Below, in pieces: positions 24,120 to 35,458 of a stretch of DNA of 64,000 nt. Every line of letters begins with the position of its first letter. Position 1 is the stretch's first letter. The position numbers and the translations under genes are program-made. The stretch comes from Nemertoderma westbladi. Its lineage: Eukaryota > Animalia > Xenacoelomorpha. The notes beneath the pieces are model-generated. The model was not told the DNA's origin. It saw nothing but the letters and a program-made list of their open reading frames with translations, and did no database searches. The stretch lies in contig JAUCBJ010007025.1 in assembly GCA_032718475.1 (NCBI GenBank), forward strand, positions 6,365 through 70,364, given 5' to 3'.

Positions 24120-25680
24120 TGGATATGTACAAGTATAACGCCCCGAATTCAATAATTCCCAGCCAAACCTTCGCCCTCCCACCTTCGCCAAGACCGGCGT
24201 CCGCCACGGAGGCAGAGGGAGCTGGATCAGAGGAGCGCAAACTGCAGCCGCCGGCGAACACCCCCCAGGACACATGCGAGGCCCCTTTCGCGCATGCCAT
24301 CTCGCCGAGATACGATCTCAGCGCACCAGACACCGTCAGTGGTGCCAACCAACGGGGTGAAGGCCATCCTCCGGTCCTCGCAGACGGTGCGGTAGTGGCG
24401 CTTCTTGAGCCTGCACTGCTCCTCAAGCAGTGACTCAGTCGAACGGTTTGCCTGGGCATACGAGGTGGCGTCAGCGTTTATTAATGATATATCAAATGAC
24501 GCCACCCGATGATTGGCCCAGACTCCCCGAGCGACCAGGTCTGCTCGCACTCCCCCTACCACCTGGCCCTCGCGGTCCAGACACCCTAGTGAGAGGGTTA
24601 CCTCCCACTCCACACTAGAAGGCCCGACCACCGCAGCCAAGATTCCCCAAATACCTCACGGGCTTCGTCATGGCGCTTCACTATCAGACCCCCTGACTTG
24701 CAGCTCAAAGCGTGGGATGTGGAGATGGACTCCCCACAACCCTCACACTTAGCTGGCAGACCAGGGGGGGACGAGGCCGTGCTGGAGAGAAAGGTTGTAG
24801 CTGAATTCGTCAGGGCTAAGGTCAGTGTGGTCCAGAGGTGACGGCTGAGCCGTCAACCAACCCCCAGTCTTATTGGACACAACCCGCTGGACAGTCCGCC
24901 ATCGATGAGCCGGAAGTGCCCCCATCGCTGCATCTTGCTTCTCCTTGTATGACTCATCCTGGGAACTCCGGCTCTCCTTTAGGACCTGAAGCAGTTGGGC
25001 ATCGTGGTCTGTGACATTGAGTGGCTGTTCAGAAATGATCGCTGAGGAGACAAACGAAGTCCCACTTATTGAGGCCTCCCACGCTCGACCCATCCTCATG
25101 AGTGGGTCCTGCAGTCCGACTCCACCATGTCGCGCCGGGAGGAGAACGAGATCCTCGTCCACCTCGTCGAGGCGGGTTCCAAACAGTGCTGGAATGTATG
25201 TATGCAGCAACGCTGACCTAATCGGGGCGATCTCGCAATCGTCAGTAGGGACAACCCGCAGGAGGTAGTCCCATTCCGCTTGGATACACTGGGACATCCC
25301 GGTGTGAGTGGTCTAGGGGTACTCCTTAGCCACCTCTGCGAGTTTCCCTATGCTGCTAACCCAGCCCGACACCTTCTTGGTCACGAACTCCATCCTTTGT
25401 GAGGCCTCCCCGATAAAACCACCCAGAAAACGGTGGCCGGAAACGAGTTGTACACCACCAATCCCAAACACAGTGTGGGCCTTGGCCTCAAGCCCCGGCT
25501 TGACTACGAGGTAACTCTTTGTTGCCTCGCGGTTGTAGCCGATGCGGGGCCCACCAGACACAGTTTGCGCCACCAATCACTGACTCCGTTGAGCGTGCCT
25601 GCTGAAGAAGCGTCGTCAGCATACCAGCACTGGCGTTGGGGCGGTGAACTGGGTGGTTGTCTGGGGTCAGGCAGTGGTCT
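24120..25680 (-). mobile_element. Decayed CRE-like non-LTR element 3' part (RT tail and restriction-like endonuclease)
   Basis: GPRIGY..KSYLVVK..HRFLGGFIG; LPARHGGVGL; GWLTAQP; RADL..D..KKRHY..FTPLV..DG. Confidence 0.78.
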
Positions 25681-25683
25681 GAG

Positions 25684-25895
25684 TCACACCCCGGGTTCAG
25701 TCAGTGTAACAGACTGTGGTGTTGACACCACGGGATCAGGTGACAGGCCAGGTTGTGGTGGTAACACCCCGGGATCAAGTGGCAGGCCAGGTTGTGGTGG
25801 TAACACCACGGGTACAGGTGGCAGGCCAGGATGCGGTGATAACACCCCGGGGTCAGGTTGTGGGCCAGGTCGTGGTGGTGATACCACGGGGTCAG
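25684..25895. repeat. 39-bp minisatellite, about 5 units
   Basis: caggccagg recurs at 25744, 25783 and 25822. Confidence 0.88.
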
Positions 25896-26743
25896 TCGGT
25901 AGAATTTATTGCGGAGTTTGAACAGCCCGTAATTCATAATTTCAAAATTTATCATTATAATTCAATTCTATTAATAAAAATAGTTGATTAAAGATTGTAA
26001 TATTTTGGTCCATTAGCACACGCGTGTACTACACAGATGCATGCACAGTTTGCATATAATTTGAGCAAAATACATGCACTCACTCAAAAGTTATTGCAAC
26101 TTTAGTGTCTGAAAGATGAAATACAAAACGGAACTCAATATCCAATATTGGTTTATGTTGTTCTCTATGTTCTAGTTACGTAATAAATATTCGAGAACAT
26201 TTAACATTGAGTAAGGCAACAGTTTAAGAGTACAGTAATTTGGATTTGCAATATTGTAAAATACTATAGTTCAAAATATTTTGTAACACTATCTCGGTGA
26301 CGCTCGGTAAATAAATTGCCTCGAGAATTGTGAAAATATGTGAAAAAAAGTTCAATTTTTTACCCGTGTAAAAAATAATATTTTTACCAGCTAGTTTAAT
26401 TAAATGAACTACAATAGCTATCAAATACACTATCTACCTGAAATTACTCCGATTGAATTAAGATAAGTACCGGTGGTACTAGATAATATTCATCATACTT
26501 CAAAAATTATTAAAAACAAAGGGGTGTCGAGTCGACATTGAGAAATAAAGTGGTAACAAATTTTAGTATAATTTAAGAAGATGTCTGTCTAGCCTAAAAT
26601 TTAGAGATATTAAGAAATTGTAGCTCTACCAAATTTAAATAGTTCTTGAATACAAAAGGAGTGTTACTGTGGCGAAATACTTTGAATTTGTAGCAACCAG
26701 TTCTAAAATAATTTGCACTTTTCCATTTACTCTGTTACCATAG

Positions 26744-26923
26744 CAACGACTTCTCCACGGTCTCCAATAAGGTTGTCCACTTCACTTTGGATTCCGACGT
26801 ATTTCAGAGTTTGGCGCAACGAGCAGGAGCAATAAAGCCAACGGCTCTGACACCAATAGAAGCCTCATTCGAAGATATCAACAGAGATGTTAGCGTAATG
26901 AAAGAGTACCAAGTTATACACAG
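26744..26923 (+). CDS. p24/TMED exon 2 (end of GOLD domain, coiled coil)
   Basis: Acceptor ccatag; reads SNDFSTVSNKVVHF..TALTPIEASFEDINRDVSVMKEYQVIHR; donor AG|GTAAAC; 180 nt, phase 2-2. Confidence 0.9.
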
Positions 26924-28287
26924 GTAAACAGACATCTATAATTTATAGTAATCTCTCTACTCTCTCTAGGGAAAATCCCGACACAATTGTCGGCTATATC
27001 CAATATGCATTCAATCACAACACAATAGTTACATAACACAATTACATTATTTCAGTAATCATTTACACAATTTGACTGGTTAATTATTAGTAAACGATGT
27101 GGGTGGGATGGGGGAGGGTGTGTGGGTCTAATGGGCCGTCGTGGAGTCGGGTGTTGTTCACTCTTGCTGGAATTCCAGTCTAACGAATCAGAAATTAACC
27201 TACTTCTTCGAGTTGGACACTGATAATTGATATTTACTGATTAACTAATATACAGCACTGATTTTCTTTTTGTTGGCTACATATAAATAAATAAATTTAA
27301 ACCAATATTAATATAAAAAATTTACAGTGTAAAACGTCCACCACAGGGGACTAAAATCCAGTCTACTGCCGTCTTGCTGTGGTGGCCATAACCAACGGGG
27401 GTGGGGGAGGGGGGGGGGGGGGGGGGGGGGTGCCTAAATCACTAATAATTATCCATAAATCTGTCACCTATTCTATTGTGTTTAGTTTATTATTTTGGTT
27501 AAAAAAAACGTGCCACTCAGCCCCTGTAAGCTGCAAGCATAGCAAAGCAAACGTGACCTCCATTTCCTATATTTGCTCCTTTCTTAAATAATTTAACATT
27601 GAGGCGAGATATTAATTCGCCAAGATTGGATTTACGTCCAACCCCAAATGTACCTTAATTTTGTTAACAAAAATACACCGCTCTATGTATTTATCTGGGG
27701 GCTCCTCACTTGTGAAAAAACAATTTTACCTTAGAAATTCCAATCATTCAAAGGATCAAACAAAATACAACTCCACCCGTTCACCTCCAATATACTGTAT
27801 ATTGTTTTTATTTGGCCATAGTTAAAGTATAACTATGTACTTACAGTTATATCATGATAATATATATTTAAAGCCAGTTTGAATTAGTTAATGAATGAAA
27901 TATAAGCAAAAATGTAAAAATATAGGCCTAAGGTGAAAGCCGCCCATCCAACCACTACTGATTTACTTTCAGTATTATGGCCCTATAGTTGCCTTGGAAT
28001 GGCATGGTTGGTTGTCTACCTCTACATATTAGACCTATAGTGTTGGGATTACTGCGACCTCCTTTGGTTACATGCGGTACTACGAGGTATTAACTATTAC
28101 AGTACAAGTAGACCTACATTATTACTGTTCTGATGACTGATTAATTGTACTGAATTATAAGAATGCTATTATCTCATGTCGTTTTCAATATACTACTGTA
28201 CTGCACTGTAGTGCTGTTAGTGTATTTAATAGTACAGTTGGATATAGGTAATAATTAACATAAACGTAATATTTATTTGTTTATTAG

Positions 28288-28456
28288 GATACGAGAGTCT
28301 AAGGGTCGGTCTGTTGCAGACAGTCTGGGTTTCCGGACCCATGCCTGGAGTTTCGGACAATGCATCATAATGTTAGTGGCAGGGGCCGGTCAGGTTGTCA
28401 TACTAAAGGCCTTCTTTGTCGAGAAAAGGATATCAACCAAACCAATATTAACATAA
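28288..28456 (+). CDS. p24/TMED exon 3 (transmembrane helix, FF motif tail, stop)
   Basis: Acceptor ttattag; reads RIRESKGRSVADSLGFRTHAWSFGQCIIMLVAGAGQVVILKAFFVEKRISTKPILT*; spliced CDS is 669 nt (222 aa). Confidence 0.9.
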
Positions 28457-28749
28457 ATTATTATTTTTTGGTTATATTTCTGTATAAAACTTATTCAACA
28501 ATTGTGTGTAGTTTGTATATCTAACTAACTGTGATTCCAGTAGGCCTACTTTATAAGTAATTATTGTTGGTTTTACTATTTTAATTTTTATAATCCATTT
28601 GTTTACATCGTGGCGGTTAAATTATCCTTTGATGATGTAAGATAACATTTAAAATTTTTTGTTCCTTACATAATAGAGCGAAACTGAAAGTTAATTGTGA
28701 TAATAAATAACGATTTAGAAGTAATTATATTCCAAAATAATTTCAGACC

Positions 28750-29270
28750 TGCTAACTGCTAAGTATATAGCCAGGAGTTCTGTCACGTTGTTGTTCTGCT
28801 GGTTTTGATTTCTTTGAAAAAATACCCCGAGGGGTTCTGGTGGGTCACTGGCTTTGGAAATCTTCCGTAGAACTGCTCCTACAGAGGTCTTAGAAGCATC
28901 TGAGGTTAGTGTAAATGTGACATTGTGATCAGCTTCATTATGATGAGATGGATGTGCCAGTTTTGTAGCATCTAAAAGGGCTTCTTTCAGTTATTCAAAG
29001 GCAAATTCGACTTGGTCACTCCACTGTAGTTTTTACGTTGGTTCTTGAAGTTTAGAAGAAGCAGATTTAAGAAGATCGGTTAGTGTCGCAGCTACCGGTA
29101 TCTCCTGGAATCGGGGAATAAATTTTGAATAAAAATTAGTTATACCCAGGAAACGGCGAAAGCTTGATTTCGAGTTTGGAGTTGGATAATTGTGAAGAGT
29201 TTCAACTTTGTCATGTGGTGGGATGGGGAGATGCCTTCTCTGAGTCTATATAATGTCCTAAACTGGCTGA
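28750..29270 (-). pseudogene. Old Gypsy RT-thumb/RNase H fragment
   Basis: NYPTPNSKSSFRRFLGITNFYSKFIP and FTLTSDASKTSVGAVL on the minus strand. Confidence 0.75.
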
Positions 29271-29299
29271 CCAAAAATAATTTTTTTTATTTTTATACA

Positions 29300-29545
29300 G
29301 AGACCAGCAGATCATGTCATCAGATCGTCCAATCACACCATTTACATTTCGGATCCGCAATAATAAATCCTATCATATGCTACAAATTGGAAGTAATCAC
29401 AGTAATCAGATTAAGCAGTAGTGGAGCCTGTACTGCTTTACTGCTTGGTAGAGCGCTGGGCTCTAAGTGCTGAAGACACCAAGTCTCAGCCTCTGGATGG
29501 TATACAAATACCATAAGGGTTCACAACATTGCCTGTGATGCACAT
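29300..29545 (+). pseudogene. Short RTE-like LINE fragment related to 23600-23880
   Basis: tgggctctaagtgctgaagacaccaagtct resembles tgggctctaactgctgaggacaccaaatct at about 23791. Confidence 0.6.
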
Positions 29546-29593
29546 AAGCAATTAGCCATATTGTGTTTGTTTATACAACTATGTGAACATATC

Positions 29594-29798
29594 TGTAAGC
29601 CCCCGTTTGCCGTACCCGCCGCTATCATGAAGTAATCAAATAATCTCTCAATCTAATATAATATATAATCTTATCTGAATATATTCCTAATCTCTAATAC
29701 AGTCCTATCGGTACATAAATCCGATCTCGACTCCCAGACTCTCAGTCATATATCCCAAAAACCCTCTTCCATGGCCTACTCTGTATCATATCCTTACA
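29594..29798 (-). repeat. Gypsy 3' LTR (205 bp)
   Basis: Direct repeat of 34782-34986. Confidence 0.95.
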
Positions 29799-30035
29799 TA
29801 TTCCCCCCGCACAAAAAAAGGCACTCTTGCCACAGAGTGTCAAAAGAAAATTCGTAATAGCTAAATACTGTAGCTCACAAAAAATATACCGAAAAATAAT
29901 AAAATTAAGCACAAAACACATATATAAGCACAAAACAAAACAAAAAATGTAAATCTTATATGTCTCAAGAATAATAAAAATACGCACAAAAATAATATAT
30001 AAATCTCATATATTTATATCCCAAAAATAATAATT

Positions 30036-30430
30036 TTACTTCCCAGTATAGGACTGACTTGGTACTTCCGATTTACAATTACGTAGTCGGTCAATGTTTA
30101 CAAATAAAATCTTATCATGTGGCTTGTCAACCAATCTTATTTCCGCATTATTGGCGACAATTTTTAGAATTCTATAAGGCCCATGAAATGGCCTAGTGAG
30201 TTTATGATACTTTCCTTTCACCAAATCAGGTCGGTGAAGGAACACCCTATCTCCGACTCGATATGTGACTGATTTACGTTTTTTATCAAACTGTTCCTTA
30301 TATTGCACCTGCGCCTTATTTATGTTGCGTCGTGCAATATCCCACGCCGTAGATAGATGATCTGACAACTCAGTTCTATAATCATCCAAATCCACTTGAT
30401 AGACTGTATTTGCCCCGAGAGCTGACTCGG
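30036..30430 (-). pseudogene. Gypsy integrase C-terminal (GPY/F) region, out of frame after a deletion
   Basis: LSTAWDIARRNI..YRVGDRVFL..KLTRPFHGPYRI..VNIDRLR. Confidence 0.85.
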
Positions 30431-33306
30431 CAAAAAAGCACCCCCCAACCCCCACAATATTGTAATCTTAGCACACTCCAATTTCTATGATCAGAGAGAT
30501 GGCCAGCAAATTTACCCCCATGAATTTCATTCCATATCTTAAATCTCCACTCCTTTGGGACAGCTAAACGCGGCTGCCGAAAATCAACATTATCTTCTAC
30601 TTTATATAAAACACCGTCAATTAGAGTGGTATTATCAGAATTAGTTTTTACAAAATCTCTCATCTTTTTGTCACTGGGTACTATTTTAGATACATGAAAA
30701 TCAATAAGTGCACGTAAATCAGAATCAGTATACTGTAACTCTTTCAATAATTCCGTCTCCTCCCGTAACTTTTCAAAAGACTCACATATATTTGAGCTAG
30801 CACAAATACCGTTTTGGTTGCTAGTAGCAACCGGAATTCTCGAAAGAGCATCAGCATTACCATTTGCTTTGCCCGGCCGATGAAAAACATGATCAGGATT
30901 AATATACTCATTGATATTAAATACCCACCGCGCTAATGGACCGGTTAATTCAGTACGCCCACGCAACAACCCCTTAATAGAAGCGTGGTCTGTATAAACA
31001 ACATTACTACTTATTCGACCATATAAGTATGTACGAACATGATTACAGGCCCAGTTCAAACCCCATAATTCTAGATGAGGCGCACTGTACCTACGTTGTG
31101 CGTTATCAATATGTTTAGACGCATATGCAATGGGATGTAACATCCCATCACGATCACAAATTTGTGATAAAATTGCACCAAAACCTATTTCACTCGCATC
31201 TGTTTCCAAAATAAAAGGTTTATCAAAATCTGGATATTCTAGAACTGGTGTGGATACCAACCGGTTCTTTAGTTCCCAATATGCCAAGCGAGTGGAATTG
31301 GTCCAGACAAATACAGTATTTTTCCGTAACAGTTCGTATAAAGGTTTAGCAATACTTCCATAGCCCTCAATAAAACGTCTATAATAGTTTGTTAACCCTA
31401 GAAAACCTCTAAGTGTTTTAAGGTTATGGGGCTCCGGATAATTCAGAACTTTATCAGTTTTTTTAGGGTCCGGGCTAATACCATTTCTAGAAATGATATG
31501 ACCCAAGTAATTAGTTTGAGACTTAAAAAAGGTACATTTCCTTACTTTGAGTTTTACCTTTTTGGTTAATAACTGTTCTAGAATAAGTTTTACGTGGTTT
31601 AAATGGCTAATAAAGTCATCCGAGTTAATTAATATGTCGTCAATAAATACGTTATATGGATTTTTCCCTACCACACTAATACCCCGCAACATTTTTTCCA
31701 TAGCGCGTTGAAAAGATGCCGGAGCATTACATAACCCGAAGGCTAACACAATAAATTCATAAAACCCTGACGAACAAGTGAAAGCTGTTTTGGGAATATC
31801 ATCATAGGATAACGGAATTTGCCAATATCCCATGGCTAAATCTAGGGAGGTAAAGTACTTTGAAGAACGCAAACGGTCCAATATATCCTCAATATGGGGA
31901 AGAGGATAATTATCTTTGACCGTGTAACTATTCAACTTCCGGTAGTCTACGCAAAACCGAACAGACCCATCGGGTTTCGCTGCTAGTACAATTGGGGAAG
32001 ACCACGGACTCTGAGATGGCTGAATCACCCCCAAATCTAACATTTTCTTTATTTCCTTGGCCACAACTGCCTTTAATTCGTGGCGAGTCCTGCGAAGTCC
32101 CTGTTTAATAGGCGCCGTGGTACCCGTATTAATACAATGTTCCGGTAAATCCGCTCTCCCAAATTCATCATCTGAGAGTTGGAATACATCGTGGTACTCT
32201 TTTAGTAGATTCAAAACCTCCGACTTTTGTTCTTCTGTCAAGTCCGTTTCCGATAAATCGATGCTGGATTCGAGTACCTTCTCGCGTTCCTTTACATTCG
32301 TTATTACTGCCGATAAACCATCCGCAACCGAATCTAGAACATTGGTGTCCGTGACATCCGTATCCGTGATTTCCGTTAGATTAATTGTACCATTATCGGC
32401 AATTAAGTTCGTACATTTCCCAATAGTTAAACCTTCTGGAATAGATTTGTGGATGGAATCTAAATTTAGAATCCCCAATAAACCGTAACCATCCTCCTCC
32501 AGTTCAAGAACGGCTCCCGTAGAACATAAACCGTATTCCGCTAACCCATCTGAAGGTTCAAATAAACATTGTCGAGACGGGAGTTCTTTAAACTGTCCTT
32601 CAACCTGTACCTTTACAAAACTCGCTGTCCGAGGAGGAATTTGTTTTCCAACTAACAGTGCACACAACCCGCTGTTGTTATTCCGTGTATCTGTAACGCC
32701 CCGATCATCCGCTCCGATCTTTTTCCTCCAAGAATCTACAACCTTGGAAATCGAATCCATGGCAAAATCCGAATGGTTTATTTCTAATCGTTCCGTCCCG
32801 AAAATCGTGCGTTCCGCAGTCCTCAAAGAAACCCCTAACTTTGGTAAGGCATCCGTTCCAACTACAAAATCATGATCAAAATCTCGAACAACCCACAAAG
32901 TGATTGTTTCCGTAAAACCATCTAAAGTTACAGGGGCTTTAAATCTGGCGCATACATCTAGTTGGGCTCCAGTAGCTGAGCTTAAACGTAATAAATCCGA
33001 ACTAGTATCCACAAGATGTCGTTGTGTACCCAATTCTTTAAGAATACATTGAGCTGTTGATACAGAAACTAATGTTGCTTGGCAACCAGAGTCCAATAAA
33101 ACCGTATATTCTAAGGAACCGACCTTTACCGTGGATGTACATCGCATTCCCAGTTTAGTTTCTCCACTACTAACGATATTTGCCTCACCGAACAATAAGT
33201 TTACTACTGAGTTATCCACCAAATAGCTGTTAGGATTTCTGACAGAAGCTGCTTTTCCTTCATTTCTAGAAGGAAAGGGTTTCGAAACCAGATGTGCTGA
33301 GTTTGT
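30382..33306 (-). CDS. Gypsy pol: protease, RT, RNase H and start of the integrase zinc finger, truncated by deletion
   Basis: LLDSGC; SPWSSPIV..RFCVDYRKLN; FGLCNAPASFQ; FIDD; ETDAS; NADALSR; H..GH. Confidence 0.92.
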   Translation of the reverse strand, partial: TNSAHLVSKPFPSRNEGKAASVRNPNSYLVDNSVVNLLFGEANIVSSGETKLGMRCTSTVKVGSLEYTVLLDSGCQATLVSVSTAQCILKELGTQRHLVDTSSDLLRLSSATGAQLDVCARFKAPVTLDGFTETITLWVVRDFDHDFVVGTDALPKLGVSLRTAERTIFGTERLEINHSDFAMDSISKVVDSWRKKIGADDRGVTDTRNNNSGLCALLVGKQIPPRTASFVKVQVEGQFKELPSRQCLFEPSDGLAEYGLCSTGAVLELEEDGYGLLGILNLDSIHKSIPEGLTIGKCTNLIADNGTINLTEITDTDVTDTNVLDSVADGLSAVITNVKEREKVLESSIDLSETDLTEEQKSEVLNLLKEYHDVFQLSDDEFGRADLPEHCINTGTTAPIKQGLRRTRHELKAVVAKEIKKMLDLGVIQPSQSPWSSPIVLAAKPDGSVRFCVDYRKLNSYTVKDNYPLPHIEDILDRLRSSKYFTSLDLAMGYWQIPLSYDDIPKTAFTCSSGFYEFIVLAFGLCNAPASFQRAMEKMLRGISVVGKNPYNVFIDDILINSDDFISHLNHVKLILEQLLTKKVKLKVRKCTFFKSQTNYLGHIISRNGISPDPKKTDKVLNYPEPHNLKTLRGFLGLTNYYRRFIEGYGSIAKPLYELLRKNTVFVWTNSTRLAYWELKNRLVSTPVLEYPDFDKPFILETDASEIGFGAILSQICDRDGMLHPIAYASKHIDNAQRRYSAPHLELWGLNWACNHVRTYLYGRISSNVVYTDHASIKGLLRGRTELTGPLARWVFNINEYINPDHVFHRPGKANGNADALSRIPVATSNQNGICASSNICESFEKLREETELLKELQYTDSDLRALIDFHVSKIVPSDKKMRDFVKTNSDNTTLIDGVLYKVEDNVDFRQPRLAVPKEWRFKIWNEIHGGKFAGHLSDHRNWSVLRLQYCGGWGVLFCRVSSRGKYSLSSGFG

Positions 33307-34482
33307 TTATGTTTGATTGAAGTTACGAGGAGTTTGGAAAGATTTTGCAGGACCGTATCTTCTATCACGCGGACACTGCTCCTTCCAATGGAATTCGTTA
33401 TGGAACCCAAGACTATCGCAGAATTTACACTTCGGTAATGGACGCGAATGAGGATTGAACGATGCAGAAGGTTGAAACGCAGGTGAATTTGAATTCGGTG
33501 TAAAACCATCTCTGTGTGGTTTATTCTCAGAATATTGATATCCGCTATTATTACTTCCATAAGGCGTCCGTTTAAAATTCTGTTGAAAATCCCGTGGACG
33601 ACTACTAAACTGTTGAGAATTAAAACGCCGCGCTGATGCGTAATCATCAGCTGACACCGCTAACTGACTTAGAGATTTTAGTTTTCTATCTCGCAACCAA
33701 ACTTGCAGATCATTAGGTACGCAATTGGAAAACTGTTCCATTAAAATTAATTCTTCTAATGGAATCATTTCTTCATCTTCACCCGTAACCTGCTCATACA
33801 CCCACCGCCTATAGGATTCCCGCATTCTCTCCGCAAACTCACTAAAGGATTCATTATCTCTTTTTCTGTCTCCCCGAAACCGCAACCTCAAGTTCTCCGT
33901 ATTTATGTCATATCGCGACCGAATTATCTCTTTCACCCTATCATAATCAGCAGCATCCTCATTAGAAAGGGTGGAAAAAGCTGCTAATGCTTTACCGGTT
34001 AGCCGACCAGCAAGCTGGGTGGACCAGACTGATCTGTCCCACCCTTGTAATGTGGCTGTCCGTTCAAAAACCGTAAGAAAGTGTTCAATGTCATCATTGA
34101 CCGTTAAAGCCCGTAACATTGGCTTTGGGGGTTTAACTGTCGGGGTATCATTTTCCCGGAATGGTTCCCTTCCCCCAGCCCCGCCAACACCGAATGTGGT
34201 TCCCTGCGCCAATTGCTCGACCACCCCTTGCATATTTCTTTGCTGTTGGATAAGTACTGAGAATATTTCTTGTTGCTGTTGTAGTATGTTTAGCATTGGA
34301 TCTACACCTCCAGACGCCGCCTCTGTGGGTAGTGAAATACCAAATGCCTTAAGTGACTTAGGTGGCAACCCTATTAAAAAGTTTACAACATCTTCCTTTC
34401 TCTTCCCAGCAGAATCAAAATCAAATTGGCGACCAATCTCCCGCAGCCGATCAAAAGTAAATCCCTGTAATATCTCTTCCAT
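33307..34482 (-). CDS. Gypsy gag (391 aa) with a SCAN-like capsid C-terminal domain and a variant zinc knuckle
   Basis: DDIEHFLTVFER..W..LTGKAL..DYDRVK; ELILMEQF..VPNDLQVWLRDRK..ADDY; CKFC..H..HWKEQC. Confidence 0.88.
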   Translation of the reverse strand: MEEILQGFTFDRLREIGRQFDFDSAGKRKEDVVNFLIGLPPKSLKAFGISLPTEAASGGVDPMLNILQQQQEIFSVLIQQQRNMQGVVEQLAQGTTFGVGGAGGREPFRENDTPTVKPPKPMLRALTVNDDIEHFLTVFERTATLQGWDRSVWSTQLAGRLTGKALAAFSTLSNEDAADYDRVKEIIRSRYDINTENLRLRFRGDRKRDNESFSEFAERMRESYRRWVYEQVTGEDEEMIPLEELILMEQFSNCVPNDLQVWLRDRKLKSLSQLAVSADDYASARRFNSQQFSSRPRDFQQNFKRTPYGSNNSGYQYSENKPHRDGFTPNSNSPAFQPSASFNPHSRPLPKCKFCDSLGFHNEFHWKEQCPRDRRYGPAKSFQTPRNFNQT

Positions 34483-34766
34483 ACCGTCAGACCGTTGTAC
34501 AATTATTTCCGTATTTTTCCTTAGGCTTTAGGCCTACCGAATTTCAGAATTAGGCAACTCTAAACTGTCAGTCTGCCAATACAGCAATACAACAATGAAT
34601 AAATTACCGGTACCGTACTCACAATTCCGTAATTGATATCCGTTCCCAGTTCCGTAAAATGTATCCGATCCGTTACCGTTACCACCGTTTTACTACCGGT
34701 ACCGGTATCCGTAAAATAATTTCCAAATTTTGGATTGTGTAGGTATCCGAAAAGCATGAGATCTGG

Positions 34767-34781
34767 ATCTCGGTGGGAAGT
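34767..34781 (-). promoter_or_regulatory. Primer binding site, tRNA-Gln-like but lacking the TGG
   Basis: TCCCACCGAGAT, 3 nt after the 5' LTR, is complementary to ATCTCGGTGGGA near the tRNA-Gln 3' end (recalled, not searched). Confidence 0.6.
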
Positions 34782-34986
34782 TGTAAGCCCCCGTTTGCCG
34801 TACCCGCCGCTATCATGAAGTAATCAAATAATCTCTCAATCTAATATAATATATAATCTTATCTGAATATATTCCTAATCTCTAATACAGTCCTATCGGT
34901 ACATAAATCCGATCTCGACTCCCAGACTCTCAGTCATATATCCCAAAAACCCTCTTCCATGGCCTACTCTGTATCATATCCTTACA
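34782..34986 (-). repeat. Gypsy 5' LTR (205 bp)
   Basis: Direct repeat of 29594-29798. Confidence 0.95.
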
Positions 34987-35014
34987 TATCATTGCCAAAA
35001 ACCGGACTATACGC

Positions 35015-35282
35015 TATGTTACTGGATCCGATGGCACTGTGTACGACTTACCGCAACATCTAGGGGCGCTATAATGCTGGGTCCATCGGCACTGTGTGTG
35101 GCTGGCCGCGAGATCTTGGGCCACTGTTTGTCTGACCATGAGATCTGGGGCCCTATGATGCTGGGATCACCGGCACTGTGTACGGCTGGCCGCGAGATCT
35201 TGGGCCACTGTTTGTCTGACCATGAGATCTAGGGCGCTATGGTGCTGGGTCTGACAGTAGAGGGCGCTATGATGCTGGGTTC
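35015..35282. repeat. Degenerate tandem repeat (period about 84 bp)
   Basis: gccgcgagatcttgggccactgtttgtctgaccatgagatct at about 35105 and 35189. Confidence 0.8.
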
Positions 35283-35458
35283 TTTTCATTAGTGATAATG
35301 ATTATATAAAAATATAATTTACTATCAATTAATGTAATACAAATTATATGTACATAATTATAAGTATTAATGTTAAATACATTATTTGCACCGCAGTTAC
35401 TTACCAATAGAGTCTACTAACAGTATGTATAATGTAGCATAATAATTTATTGATAAAT

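Larger units (their letters stand above)
29594..34986 (-). mobile_element. Ty3/Gypsy LTR retrotransposon, 5393 bp, young insertion, integrase core deleted
   Basis: Two 205-bp LTRs that look identical (TG..CA); 4-bp TSD TATC at 29590-29593 and 34987-34990; PPT GCGGGGGGAATA. Confidence 0.95.

Noticed and set aside
26734-26747. Perfect X-box GTTACCATAGCAAC
   Set aside because: Overlaps the TMED exon 2 splice acceptor and codons; no support for a regulatory role
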